Shown here: positions 1 through 8,800 of the stretch, piece after piece
Layout: each line of letters begins with the position of its first letter
Numbering within the stretch: position 1 is the first letter of the stretch
DNA from: Nitrososphaerota archaeon
GTDB lineage: Archaea > Thermoproteota > Nitrososphaeria > Nitrososphaerales > Nitrosopumilaceae
Reading direction: 5' to 3'
Assembly (NCBI GenBank): GCA_005877305.1
Contig: VBPW01000012.1
Span: 1-56,293 of the forward strand
Length of the DNA: 56,293 nt
Program-made: the position numbers and the translations under genes
Notes under the pieces: model-generated
What the model was told of the DNA's origin: nothing
The model's database searches: none
The model's input: the letters and a program-made list of their open reading frames with translations, nothing else

Positions 1-179
1 CCAAACACAAAATCTCTAATTGAGCTGGTTTCCTTCTGATGACTTTCTATATGTCTTGGTTCTGATATGCCCATAGCAATAACCTATGTTCCCCTGATTT
101 ATATGTCAAAATAAAAAGTCTATCAACAGAAGATAAAGACCTAAACGATTTATATCATAGTAAAAAAATAAGACAAGGA

Positions 180-1745
180 ATGGCTGGTAAGAGGATAGTC
201 CTAACTGCAGACCGTAGCCTAATGACTAATTATCGAGGTAATTTTCTTTATGGTTTTATTGCTTGTGGCCCTTACGAAGTTCTTCCTGAATGGGTCTTCG
301 ATAAAGTATTTTGTCCAAGTGTAGAAACCGATCCAGTCACTGGTGAAGCCAAAGTTGCCCAAGTCGGTTTACGAAGAGTAGAATCTGCTCTCCTACAGGG
401 ATACAATAGAGACGAAGTCTTTGTGGCTCAACCAGATCATCTTGCAAAATGTATAGGTCCAGACACAAAAGTAGTTGGAATTAATGTTATGGATCCTCTT
501 GGTATGGCACCAGTTACCACAACAATGTCGCCAGAGAAACTTTCGTATGTTGCAATGAAATTCAAAAGAATGTGTGCTAGTATTATTCAGTTAAAGAAAA
601 AATATAATTTTCATGTTGTTGTTGGTGGAAATGGTGCATGGGAACTTGCAAAAACCGATAGAATGAAAATTCATGGAATTGATACTGTTGTTGTAGGTGA
701 AGCAGATGAGCTTGCACTTGATTTATTTCATGATTTAGAAAAAGGCGATGCTCCAGAATTAATGCATTGTTTTGTTAAAAATATTCAAAACATTCCGATT
801 ATCCAAGGTCCTACAGTAAATTCATTGATCGAGGCAATGCGTGGATGTGGACGAGGCTGTGACTTTTGTGATGTCAATAAGAGATCAAAAAAAGATTTAC
901 CCTTAGAAAGATTACAACATGAAGCAAAGATAAATCTTGATTATGGTTTTGATTCGATCTGGTTACATTCAGATGAAATGCTACTTTATGGCTGTGATAA
1001 CCGAAACTTTCAACCAAACTATGATGCAATAATCGGATTGTGGAAGGGATTAAAATCACTTGGTGCAAGATTTGTTGGTACAACTCACATGACGTTTTCT
1101 GCGGTTTGCGCTGATCCAAAATTGTTATATGACATGTCAGAAATTAATGGAATGAGTAATGAAAAATGGCTTGCAACAAACTTGGGAATAGAAACTGTTG
1201 CACCAAGAATGGTAAAAAAACATCTTGGGGTGAAGACTAAACCTTTCTCTACAGATGAATGGGGTTGGATAGTAAGAGAAGGTGCCAAGGTCTTAAATCA
1301 GAATCATTGGTTCCCTGCGGCAACTCTCATAATAGGATGGCCAGATGAGACCCCTGACGAAACAAAATACACGATAGATCTAGTTGAGGATTTCAAACAA
1401 ACACGAATGCGTGGTCTTGTTGCTCCTCTACTTTACCAGGACTTTAATGAAAAGAATTCTATGCACTTTGGTAACCTAAACGAAGCACAATTTACCTTAT
1501 TTTGGAAATGTTGGGAACATAATTTGCGAGTCATAAATGATATCATACCAATAATCATTAGAAACAAATCATTTGGACCTCCAATGAAGGTACTCATGTA
1601 TGGTATGATAAAGGCTGGAACTTGGGCAATTATGAGGTATTTGAGGGGCTTGTCTAAAGAACTATTCAATGGAAGGCTTCCAAACGAAATAATGGAACAC
1701 TATTCTAGGAGCAGATCTGTTAATGCTCCTGCATATACTAAGTAA
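180..1745 (+). CDS. Radical SAM enzyme with N-terminal B12-binding-like/flavodoxin-like domain
   Basis: 521-aa ORF. CGRGCDFC is a canonical CX3CX2C radical-SAM cluster motif about 220 aa in, preceded by a Rossmann-like VVVGGNG region. Subfamily cannot be assigned by eye. Confidence 0.8.
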   Translation: MAGKRIVLTADRSLMTNYRGNFLYGFIACGPYEVLPEWVFDKVFCPSVETDPVTGEAKVAQVGLRRVESALLQGYNRDEVFVAQPDHLAKCIGPDTKVVGINVMDPLGMAPVTTTMSPEKLSYVAMKFKRMCASIIQLKKKYNFHVVVGGNGAWELAKTDRMKIHGIDTVVVGEADELALDLFHDLEKGDAPELMHCFVKNIQNIPIIQGPTVNSLIEAMRGCGRGCDFCDVNKRSKKDLPLERLQHEAKINLDYGFDSIWLHSDEMLLYGCDNRNFQPNYDAIIGLWKGLKSLGARFVGTTHMTFSAVCADPKLLYDMSEINGMSNEKWLATNLGIETVAPRMVKKHLGVKTKPFSTDEWGWIVREGAKVLNQNHWFPAATLIIGWPDETPDETKYTIDLVEDFKQTRMRGLVAPLLYQDFNEKNSMHFGNLNEAQFTLFWKCWEHNLRVINDIIPIIIRNKSFGPPMKVLMYGMIKAGTWAIMRYLRGLSKELFNGRLPNEIMEHYSRSRSVNAPAYTK

Positions 1746-2076
1746 GATTTTTTTCTAATTCTTTTATTGCAGCATCAGCGATCGTATTTCTTTTTGGTGT
1801 GAGAACAACAAAATAATTTTTGTCTGTTCTTTCAGCAACTTCAACGGTTCTATATTTTTTTGAATTCATATCAAATTCTAACATTTTACCATCAAGCTTG
1901 CCTTTTGTATATATCATGAGATACATGGTTCCTGTTGTAGGATTAAGTGGAATGAGTGAGAATATGTAACCTTTGTAGGAATTTATCGGTAACATGTTTT
2001 TCATGGGAGGAGCTATTGTTGACATGTAAACAAAAATATCTTCTGGAGAATTAAATTCTTCAAACTCAAAATTCAT
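1738..2076 (-). CDS. Hypothetical protein (112 aa), last gene downstream of the PEFG-CTERM gene array
   Basis: Clean ORF with ATG start, co-directional with the array. Its 3' end converges on and overlaps the radical-SAM gene by 8 nt. No recognisable motif. Confidence 0.45.
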   Translation of the reverse strand: MNFEFEEFNSPEDIFVYMSTIAPPMKNMLPINSYKGYIFSLIPLNPTTGTMYLMIYTKGKLDGKMLEFDMNSKKYRTVEVAERTDKNYFVVLTPKRNTIADAAIKELEKNLT

Positions 2077-2135
2077 TATGCATGTTTGTTGTGACAGTAT
2101 AATAATAAGTTTAACTTATGAAAAGTTGACTTCGG

Positions 2136-2255
2136 GTTCTAGTATTTTGGCATGAATCTTAGCCCAGTCTTTGCAGAAACCACAATTATGGATATAATTG
2201 CAATTGCAAGTACTAGAGCTGCTATTGGGCCAAACTCTGGAACTATTTGTGTACC
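2136..2255 (-). repeat. 3' cassette module copy 1 (120 bp, encodes PEFG-CTERM tail plus stop)
   Basis: Read as identical base-for-base to 3061..3180 and 4564..4683, and to 3940..4046 over 107 bp. Confidence 0.9.
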
Positions 2256-3023
2256 GATAATATCAATTTTAGTGTCACTAGCATGGAATGGAATACTAAG
2301 ATCTCTTGTGTTAATATCTTTTGTTTCTGTAAACTGTACTGGTGCCCCATTTATCATGATAATAAATTTATCATCTGGTAATGTGCTTGGATTTATTTTT
2401 ACTCCTGCTAGTTTTTCATCAGCAGTTAGATTAGCTTGTACTTTGGCATCCATCAATGTTCTTGGCAAATCTACTGTTATTGAACCATCTGATGTAGCAG
2501 CTATTGTTATCTCAAGTGCCAACTTGTCAGCGTAAATATCCATGCTTTTCACAGTACCTCCTTTGATGATGTATGGAACACTATAGGTTTGACCTCCAGC
2601 GTTAATCTGGAAGGAATCCTTTATCACAGGAATATTTGTAATAATTTGTCCATTGCCTCCGCTATAGTGGAAGGTAGCAGTTGCATTTTGATATCTTCCA
2701 TATTGAGCTATAACAGTATAATTTCCTGCTTGTGTCCATAAAGGACCATTAGCTTTTATTGTATCAGAAAAACCCCCGCTAGAAGTAGGAATGAATTGAC
2801 CAATTGAAATTAAGTTTTTTATCGAATTAAAAACTCTAATAGTAATTGCTGTTTCATTTTCTAATTGTCTCACTGCACCTTTTATGATTATAGTGTCACC
2901 CTGATTGTATGATTTTAGATCTGTTGTAACTATAATGGGAGGGGTTGTAGTTAAAGTTGAATTTTGAAGAAGCTTATATGCAGTGGTTACATTTGCGTTG
3001 GGATTAGTTGGACCTGTCTGCCT
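2139..3023 (-). pseudogene. PEFG-CTERM sorting-domain surface protein, 5'-truncated (no start codon or signal peptide)
   Basis: The track ORF 2139..2873 starts at an internal GTG. The same frame stays open to 3023 and encodes ...TTPPIIVTTDLKSYNQGDTIIIKG, homologous to the N-domain of the 4567..5466 paralog. A stop at 3024-3026 follows and there is no signal peptide. C-terminus is PEFGPIAALVLAIAIISIIVVSAKTGLRFMPKY. Confidence 0.7.
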
Positions 3024-3060
3024 TTACTATAATTAGATCTAAAAAATGACAAAATTGATT

Positions 3061-3180
3061 GTTCTAGTATTTTGGCATGAATCTTAGCCCAGTCTTTGCA
3101 GAAACCACAATTATGGATATAATTGCAATTGCAAGTACTAGAGCTGCTATTGGGCCAAACTCTGGAACTATTTGTGTACC
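3061..3180 (-). repeat. 3' cassette module copy 2
   Basis: Identical to copy 1. Identity with copy 4 extends to 3191, and upstream into the aaaaaatga.aaaattgatt flank. Confidence 0.9.
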
Positions 3181-3420
3181 AATGATTTCAACATCCTGGT
3201 CTCCTTGCAAAAATTGTATTGTTAATGTTCTAAAGTTATTGCTTGTTTCTTCACCTTGTGGTTTTACTTCTGCTCCATCTATTAAGATGATAAATGCATC
3301 ATCCTGCCCGTTACTAGTTTTAGCATCAATTAATGATCTTGGAATTAGAAGAGCAATTGATCCGTCACTAGTAGAATTTAAAGAGACAATTAAAGAAATA
3401 CTTTGAGGATCTATAGTCAT
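3064..3420 (-). CDS. PEFG-CTERM protein, C-terminal fragment (anchor half, no signal peptide)
   Basis: 118 aa. Homologous to the second domain of the 299-aa paralog (SLIVSLNSTSDGSIALLIPRSLIDAK...) and carries the identical PEFG-CTERM tail. Its ATG overlaps the upstream ORF's TGA (ATGA at 3417-3420). Confidence 0.6.
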   Translation of the reverse strand: MTIDPQSISLIVSLNSTSDGSIALLIPRSLIDAKTSNGQDDAFIILIDGAEVKPQGEETSNNFRTLTIQFLQGDQDVEIIGTQIVPEFGPIAALVLAIAIISIIVVSAKTGLRFMPKY

Positions 3421-3878
3421 ATATTTGGATCACAACTTGCTGCACCGCCTCCGGGAATAGTAAACTGGACTTTGCTTGATGTTCCCTGCTCGTTTCCATA
3501 TTGGGCAAAAATTGTGTAAACTCCACCTTTAGTCCATAAAGGACTTGCGGTGTTTATCTTTGTTCCAAAATCGCCATTGTTGTCCAACATTAGTTGACTT
3601 ATCTGAACAATATTGCCTGCAGGATCACTTACTCGTATGGTGACTTGTTGACCTGGGTAAGGATTTCTCACATGACCAGTTACCATAATGATGGAATTGT
3701 GATCATAGATTGGCTTGTCAGTAGACACAGTTACTGGAATAGGTATTGTTTCAGTAGGTCCTTGATTGGGTCCTCCTGACGACGGTAGCACTTGATATTG
3801 TGCAAAAGCTGGAACCACTCCCACAACAGCTATTGTGGCAAGAATAGCGATCAGCGCGTATTCTCTATGAGTACTCAT
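3417..3878 (-). CDS. PEFG-CTERM family protein, N-terminal fragment (signal peptide plus Ig-like domain, no anchor)
   Basis: 153 aa. Signal peptide MSTHREYALIAILATIAVVGVVPAFA is identical to that of the 3943..4503 gene. Carries the TDKPIYDH...GHV...GVYTIFAQYG domain. Ends where paralogs continue into domain 2 or the anchor. Confidence 0.65.
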   Translation of the reverse strand: MSTHREYALIAILATIAVVGVVPAFAQYQVLPSSGGPNQGPTETIPIPVTVSTDKPIYDHNSIIMVTGHVRNPYPGQQVTIRVSDPAGNIVQISQLMLDNNGDFGTKINTASPLWTKGGVYTIFAQYGNEQGTSSKVQFTIPGGGAASCDPNI

Positions 3879-3888
3879 CTTGTTTGCG
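3801..3888 (-). repeat. 5' cassette module copy a (88 bp: leader, ATG, signal peptide)
   Basis: tgcaaaagctggaacc...gtactcatcttgtttgcg is identical to 4426..4513. Confidence 0.9.
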
Positions 3889-3903
3889 GTTTAGTCGGTA
3901 TCA

Positions 3904-3920
3904 CTATTTATATATTTAAA
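3904..3920 (-). promoter_or_regulatory. Putative archaeal TATA box/BRE for the 3417..3878 gene
   Basis: On the coding strand this reads tttaaatatataaatag, about 28-40 nt upstream of the ATG. Equivalent elements occur at 4531-4548 and, abutting the truncated gene, at 3025-3040. Confidence 0.4.
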
Positions 3921-3939
3921 AAAATGAAAAAAATTGATT

Positions 3940-4046
3940 GTTCTAGTATTTTGGCATGAATCTTAGCCCAGTCTTTGCAGAAACCACAATTATGGATATA
4001 ATTGCAATTGCAAGTACTAGAGCTGCTATTGGGCCAAACTCTGGAA
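3940..4046 (-). repeat. 3' cassette module copy 3 (107 bp)
   Basis: Identical to the other copies up to ...ctctggaa, then diverges because the short-form gene joins the anchor directly to domain 1. Confidence 0.9.
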
Positions 4047-4503
4047 TCGCTGGTGGTTGTCCAGGTATTTCGCCAGTAAGTTGAATCAGAACTGAATTCG
4101 TTCTACCTTGTTGCTCTCCTAGTTGGACATAAATTGTGTATGCGCCATTTTCTGTCCATACTGGGCTTGCAGTGTTTAACTTAGTGGTGTAGTCGCCGTT
4201 GGTATCAGGTGTTAGTTGTGCAATACTTACAACGTTTCCCGATGGGCTAGTTACTTTCAAGCCAACATCTGCACCTGGGTATGCATGATCCACATGACCA
4301 CTTACTATTATAGTAGATTTGTGATCATACGTTGGTTTGTCCGTAGATACAGATATTGGCAGAATTGGTCCACTTGCAGCAAGGGGGTTGTAATTTGCCT
4401 TTGGATTACAATCTGGTGGACAGTCTGCAAAAGCTGGAACCACTCCCACAACAGCTATTGTGGCAAGAATAGCGATCAGCGCGTATTCTCTATGAGTACT
4501 CAT
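3943..4503 (-). CDS. Secreted PEFG-CTERM sorting-domain protein (short form: signal peptide, one Ig-like domain, anchor)
   Basis: 186 aa with N-terminal signal peptide, TDKPTYDH...GAYTIYVQ domain and C-terminal PEFG motif plus TM helix plus basic tail. Confidence 0.85.
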   Translation of the reverse strand: MSTHREYALIAILATIAVVGVVPAFADCPPDCNPKANYNPLAASGPILPISVSTDKPTYDHKSTIIVSGHVDHAYPGADVGLKVTSPSGNVVSIAQLTPDTNGDYTTKLNTASPVWTENGAYTIYVQLGEQQGRTNSVLIQLTGEIPGQPPAIPEFGPIAALVLAIAIISIIVVSAKTGLRFMPKY

Positions 4504-4513
4504 CTTGTTTGCG
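4426..4513 (-). repeat. 5' cassette module copy b
   Basis: Identical to 3801..3888. Confidence 0.9.
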
Positions 4514-4530
4514 ATAAGGAGGAATGGGTA

Positions 4531-4548
4531 TTTATGTATATTTAAAAA
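4531..4548 (-). promoter_or_regulatory. Putative TATA box/BRE for the 3943..4503 gene
   Basis: AT-rich ttttaaatatacataaa on the coding strand, about 28-45 nt upstream of the ATG. Confidence 0.4.
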
Positions 4549-4563
4549 ATGAAAAAATTGATT

Positions 4564-4683
4564 GTTCTAGTATTTTGGCATGAATCTTAGCCCAGTCTTT
4601 GCAGAAACCACAATTATGGATATAATTGCAATTGCAAGTACTAGAGCTGCTATTGGGCCAAACTCTGGAACTATTTGTGTACC
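4564..4683 (-). repeat. 3' cassette module copy 4
   Basis: Identical to copies 1 and 2. Identity with copy 2 extends to 4694. Confidence 0.9.
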
Positions 4684-5466
4684 AATGATTTCAATTTGTC
4701 CGGTTCCATCTGTGAAGGGAATGATTAGGGTTCTATCTGTGGTTGTTTTGGTCTCGGTAAAGTCAGCTTGTTGACCATCATTTACAACAACGAACTGATC
4801 ATCTGTTTGTTCATTCATCTTTGCATCAATTAATGCTCTTGGTAGAGTTATGGTTAGTTGTCCATTTCCTGTTGTTTGTATTGACACGATCAGTGATTTA
4901 GACTGGATGTCAGCCTTGATTCCGAGCACTTTGCCATTTGTGATGCTATAAGATACTGAATAATCAGTGCCCTCTACTTTTATGGTGTTTCTAGATGGTG
5001 TTCCTCCCTTGGAACCAGTAAACTGAAGTGTTGTTTTGGCTGATCTATCTTTACTGCCAAACTGTACATCTACTTCATAAGTACCAGCAGCTTGCCACAA
5101 ACCACCGCCTGCGGTAATCGTTGTGGAAAATGTTTTGTCAGTTCCAAGATCTATCTGAGAGATTGACACAACATTTCCAATTGGATTTCTAACTATAACT
5201 GAAACTGGTGTGCCAGAGATGTAATCTCTTGTTGTTCCTGATATGATGATTTTATCGCCATCGTTATACGATGTTTTGTCCGTTGTGACAGTAATTGGTA
5301 CTGATGTTGTGGTCGTAGGATTTGTTGTACCTGCTATTGGATTCTGGTATGGGTTTTGTGTACCTGTAGAATTTGTACTTGTAGAATTGGCTGCAAAAAC
5401 CGGAATAGTTCCAGTTGCAGCAACCAGAATTGCAAGTAATACAAATCCACTAAAAGGAGTACTCAT
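4567..5466 (-). CDS. Secreted PEFG-CTERM sorting-domain protein (long form, two domains)
   Basis: 299 aa with signal peptide, Thr/Asn-rich linker, TDKTSYNDGDKIIISG domain, a second beta-rich domain and the identical PEFG-CTERM tail. Confidence 0.85.
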   Translation of the reverse strand: MSTPFSGFVLLAILVAATGTIPVFAANSTSTNSTGTQNPYQNPIAGTTNPTTTTSVPITVTTDKTSYNDGDKIIISGTTRDYISGTPVSVIVRNPIGNVVSISQIDLGTDKTFSTTITAGGGLWQAAGTYEVDVQFGSKDRSAKTTLQFTGSKGGTPSRNTIKVEGTDYSVSYSITNGKVLGIKADIQSKSLIVSIQTTGNGQLTITLPRALIDAKMNEQTDDQFVVVNDGQQADFTETKTTTDRTLIIPFTDGTGQIEIIGTQIVPEFGPIAALVLAIAIISIIVVSAKTGLRFMPKY

Positions 5467-5637
5467 CTTGTTTGGTGAATTATTTTTTCACTATTTAAGG
5501 TTGCGGAAAAAATTATTGACAAGAAACAGTAAATTTCAAATGCCACCAATTAGATATATATTAACCTCTCGGCAAAACGTTCGTAGTTTGTGGATTAATT
5601 GTACATTTACAGCTAATGTTCGAAGGAGTTCTTTAAC

Positions 5638-5889
5638 ATGATAACTAAAAAAGATCACATACTAGTTCCGGATCATATCTATGTTCCAAAACATGAGATA
5701 ATGACAAAAAAAGAAGCTGAAGAAATACTTGAGAAATTTCATACAAAACCAACTGAAATGCCCCTAATTTACGTAAATGATCCTGCCATCAAAGGATTGG
5801 GAGTCAAACCAGGTGATATGATAAAGATAACAAGAAAAAGCGCAACTGCAGGTGAGAGTATCTATTATAGATACGTGGTGGAAGAGTAA
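5638..5889 (+). CDS. rpoH: DNA-directed RNA polymerase subunit H (Rpo5)
   Basis: 83 aa. HILVPDH..VPKHEIMTKKEAEEIL...LPLIYVNDPAIKGLGVKPGDMIKITRKS..AGESIYYRYVV is the typical RpoH sequence. The stop overlaps the rpoB ATG (TAATG). Confidence 0.92.
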   Translation: MITKKDHILVPDHIYVPKHEIMTKKEAEEILEKFHTKPTEMPLIYVNDPAIKGLGVKPGDMIKITRKSATAGESIYYRYVVEE

Positions 5890-8800
5890 TGGCAAACATT
5901 TCAAACAAACGTTGGCCTATCATTCAGGATATACTAAAAAGAGAAGGAATAGCTCGCCAACACCTTAATTCATATGATGAGTTTTTGGAGAGAGGTCTTC
6001 AAAGTATCATTGATGAAGTAATGGTTCAATCACACACATAGCTCCTATGGAAGCAAGACTACGCAACGTTACATATGCCTCACCTGTAATGCTTGAGGCA
6101 AGTGTAGTGGAAGATGGAAAAATTCTTGAATCAAGGTTTGTCCACATTGGAGACATGCCAGTTATGGTAAGGTCAAACGCATGTCTTTTGCATAATCTCT
6201 CTGATCAAAAACTTGTAGAATATGGAGAGGATCCAAATGACCCCGGTGGATACTTTATCATAAATGGATCAGAGCGAGTGATTGTTGGACTTGAAGATCT
6301 TTCTTACAATAAAATTATAGTTGATAAAGAAACGATAGGAGGAAACACTGTTTTCAAAGCTAAAGTTTATTCATCAATTGTTGGTTATCGTGCAAAACTA
6401 GAACTCATAATGAAAAATGATGGATTGATTGTTGCAAAAATTCCTGGTTCTCCTGTTGATATACCTGTTGTTACTTTAATGCGAGCACTTGGACTTGGAT
6501 CTGATAGAGAAATTGCAGCTTCAGTTTCACTCGTTGACGATATCCAAGATGAACTTGAAGCATCTTTTGAAAAATCAGGCGATGTACCAACTGCAAAAGA
6601 TGCTATAGTATACATCAGTAAGAGAATTGCACCTGGAATGCTTGAAGAATTTCAGATAAAAAGGGCAGAGACTTTGCTTGACTGGGGACTTTTGCCACAC
6701 CTTGGTAAACATCCTGACAATAGAAAAGAAAAAGCACAATTTCTTGGAGAAGCAGCGTGTAAATTAATTGAATTAAAACTAGGTTGGCTTACCCCTGATG
6801 ACAAAGACCATTACGGAAATAAGGTCATAAAATTTGCAGGACAGATGCTCGCAGATCTATTCAGAACTGCATTTAGAAACTTGGTTCGAGATATGAAATA
6901 TCAACTTGAGCGTTCTGGGCAGAAAAGAGGAATCAATGCAGTTGCTGCTGCGGTAAGACCAGGTATAGTTACTGACAAACTAAACAATGCAATTGCTACA
7001 GGAAACTGGGGAAGAGGTAGAGTTGGAGTAACACAGCTCCTAGACAGGACTAATTATCTTTCAACAATTAGTCACCTTAGAAGAATTCAATCTCCATTGA
7101 GTAGAAGTCAACCAAACTTTGAAGCAAGAGATTTACATTCAACGCATTTTGGTAGAATATGTCCAAGTGAAACACCAGAAGGATCAAACTGTGGGCTAGT
7201 CAAGAATCTTGCTCTTTCTGCGATAATATCAGTAAACGTTCCATCAGAAGATATTATTGAAAAACTCTACGATCTTGGTACTACATATGTTTCAGATGCA
7301 AAAGATGAACTAAAAAAAGAAGGAACAAGAGTCTTTGTAGATGGAAGATTAATTGGATATTATAAAGACGGACAAAAACTTGCAGATTCATTACGTGAAC
7401 TTAGAAGAAACTTCAAAATTCATCCTCATATTGGTATATTTTTGTATCAATCTGACTTTGAAGGATCTACAAAGCGACTTTACGTAAACTGCAATGCAGG
7501 AAGAGTTCTGCGCCCTTTAATTGTAATAAAAGACAACAAGCCACTTTTAACACAAGAACTCATCGATAAGGTAAGTAAGAAATTCCTTTCTTGGAGTGAT
7601 CTCTTACACATGGGAGTAATTGAATTAGTGGATGCAAATGAAGAAGAAAACTGTTACATTGCAATGGATGAAGAAAATGTAAAAAAGCATACTCACATGG
7701 AAATATTTCCATCTGCAATTCTTGGTGCGGGCGCATCTATAATACCATATCCTGAACATAATCAATCTCCACGAAATACATATGAATCAGCTATGGCAAA
7801 ACAAAGTCTTGGGTTCTCAACTCCTTTGATGAACGCAAGTACCTATGTTCGCCAACATTTCATGTTGTATCCACAAACTCCAATTGTAACAACAAAGGCA
7901 ATGGGACTTTTGGGACTAGAAGACAGACCTGCTGGCCAAAATTGCGTTGTTGCAGTATTACCATTTGACGGTTACAACATAGAAGATGCCATAGTTCTGA
8001 GCAGATCTTCAGTAGAAAGAGGATTGGGTAGAACTTTTTTTTATAGGATCTATGAAGCAGAGGCAAAACAATATCCTGGTGGCATGCGAGATAATTTTGA
8101 AATTCCAAACGCAGAGGCAAACATACGCGGTTTTCGTGGTGAAAAAGCTTACAGATTGTTAGAAGAAGACGGAGTAATTGCAACAGAATCAATGGTTCAA
8201 GGTGGTGATATTCTAATTGGAAAGACTAGTCCACCAAGATTCATGGAAGAATATAGGGAGTTTGAGGTAAAAGGCCCATATCGAAGAGACACATCAATTG
8301 GAGTAAGACCATCAGAGAATGGTGTTGTGGATACCGTTGTCATGACTCAATCACATGATGGTGGTAGAATGTATAAAATTCGAGTTAGAGATGTAAGAAT
8401 TCCTGAAATTGGTGACAAATTTGCATCAAGACATGGTCAGAAAGGAGTAGTAGGTTTATTAGTAAACCATGAAGATTTGCCATATACATCTGATGGAGTT
8501 GTTCCAGACGTACTGATTAATCCACACGCATTCCCGTCTAGAATGACTGTTGGAATGTTTCTAGAATCAGTGACGGGAAAAGCTGCAGCATTTCGAGGTA
8601 CAAAGATGGATGGCTCTGCATTTGTAGGAGAAAAGCTTGAAAGTGTCAAAGGAATTCTAGAATCTGCTGGTTTCAAATATTCAGGAAAAGAAGTAATGTA
8701 TGATGGAAGAACAGGAAAAGCATTTCCTGCAGAAGTTTTCATTGGAGTTGTATATTATCAAAAACTTCACCACATGGTTGCAGATAAGATTCATGCCCGA

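Noticed and set aside
2152-4774. Three plus-strand ORFs (2152..2535, 3077..3406, 4580..4774) that all begin MNLSPVFAETTIMDIIAIASTRAAIGPNSGTICVP and look like a conserved paralog family.
   Set aside because: They are antisense shadows of the identical PEFG-CTERM 3' modules. The shared N-terminus only mirrors the DNA repeat, and after the repeat the sequences become unrelated low-complexity translations.
5243-5641. 132-aa plus-strand ORF spanning the 5' end of the 4567..5466 gene and the rpoH upstream region.
   Set aside because: It is antisense to a well-supported gene and then runs through AT-rich promoter DNA. It has no motif, and its end abuts the rpoH start by chance.
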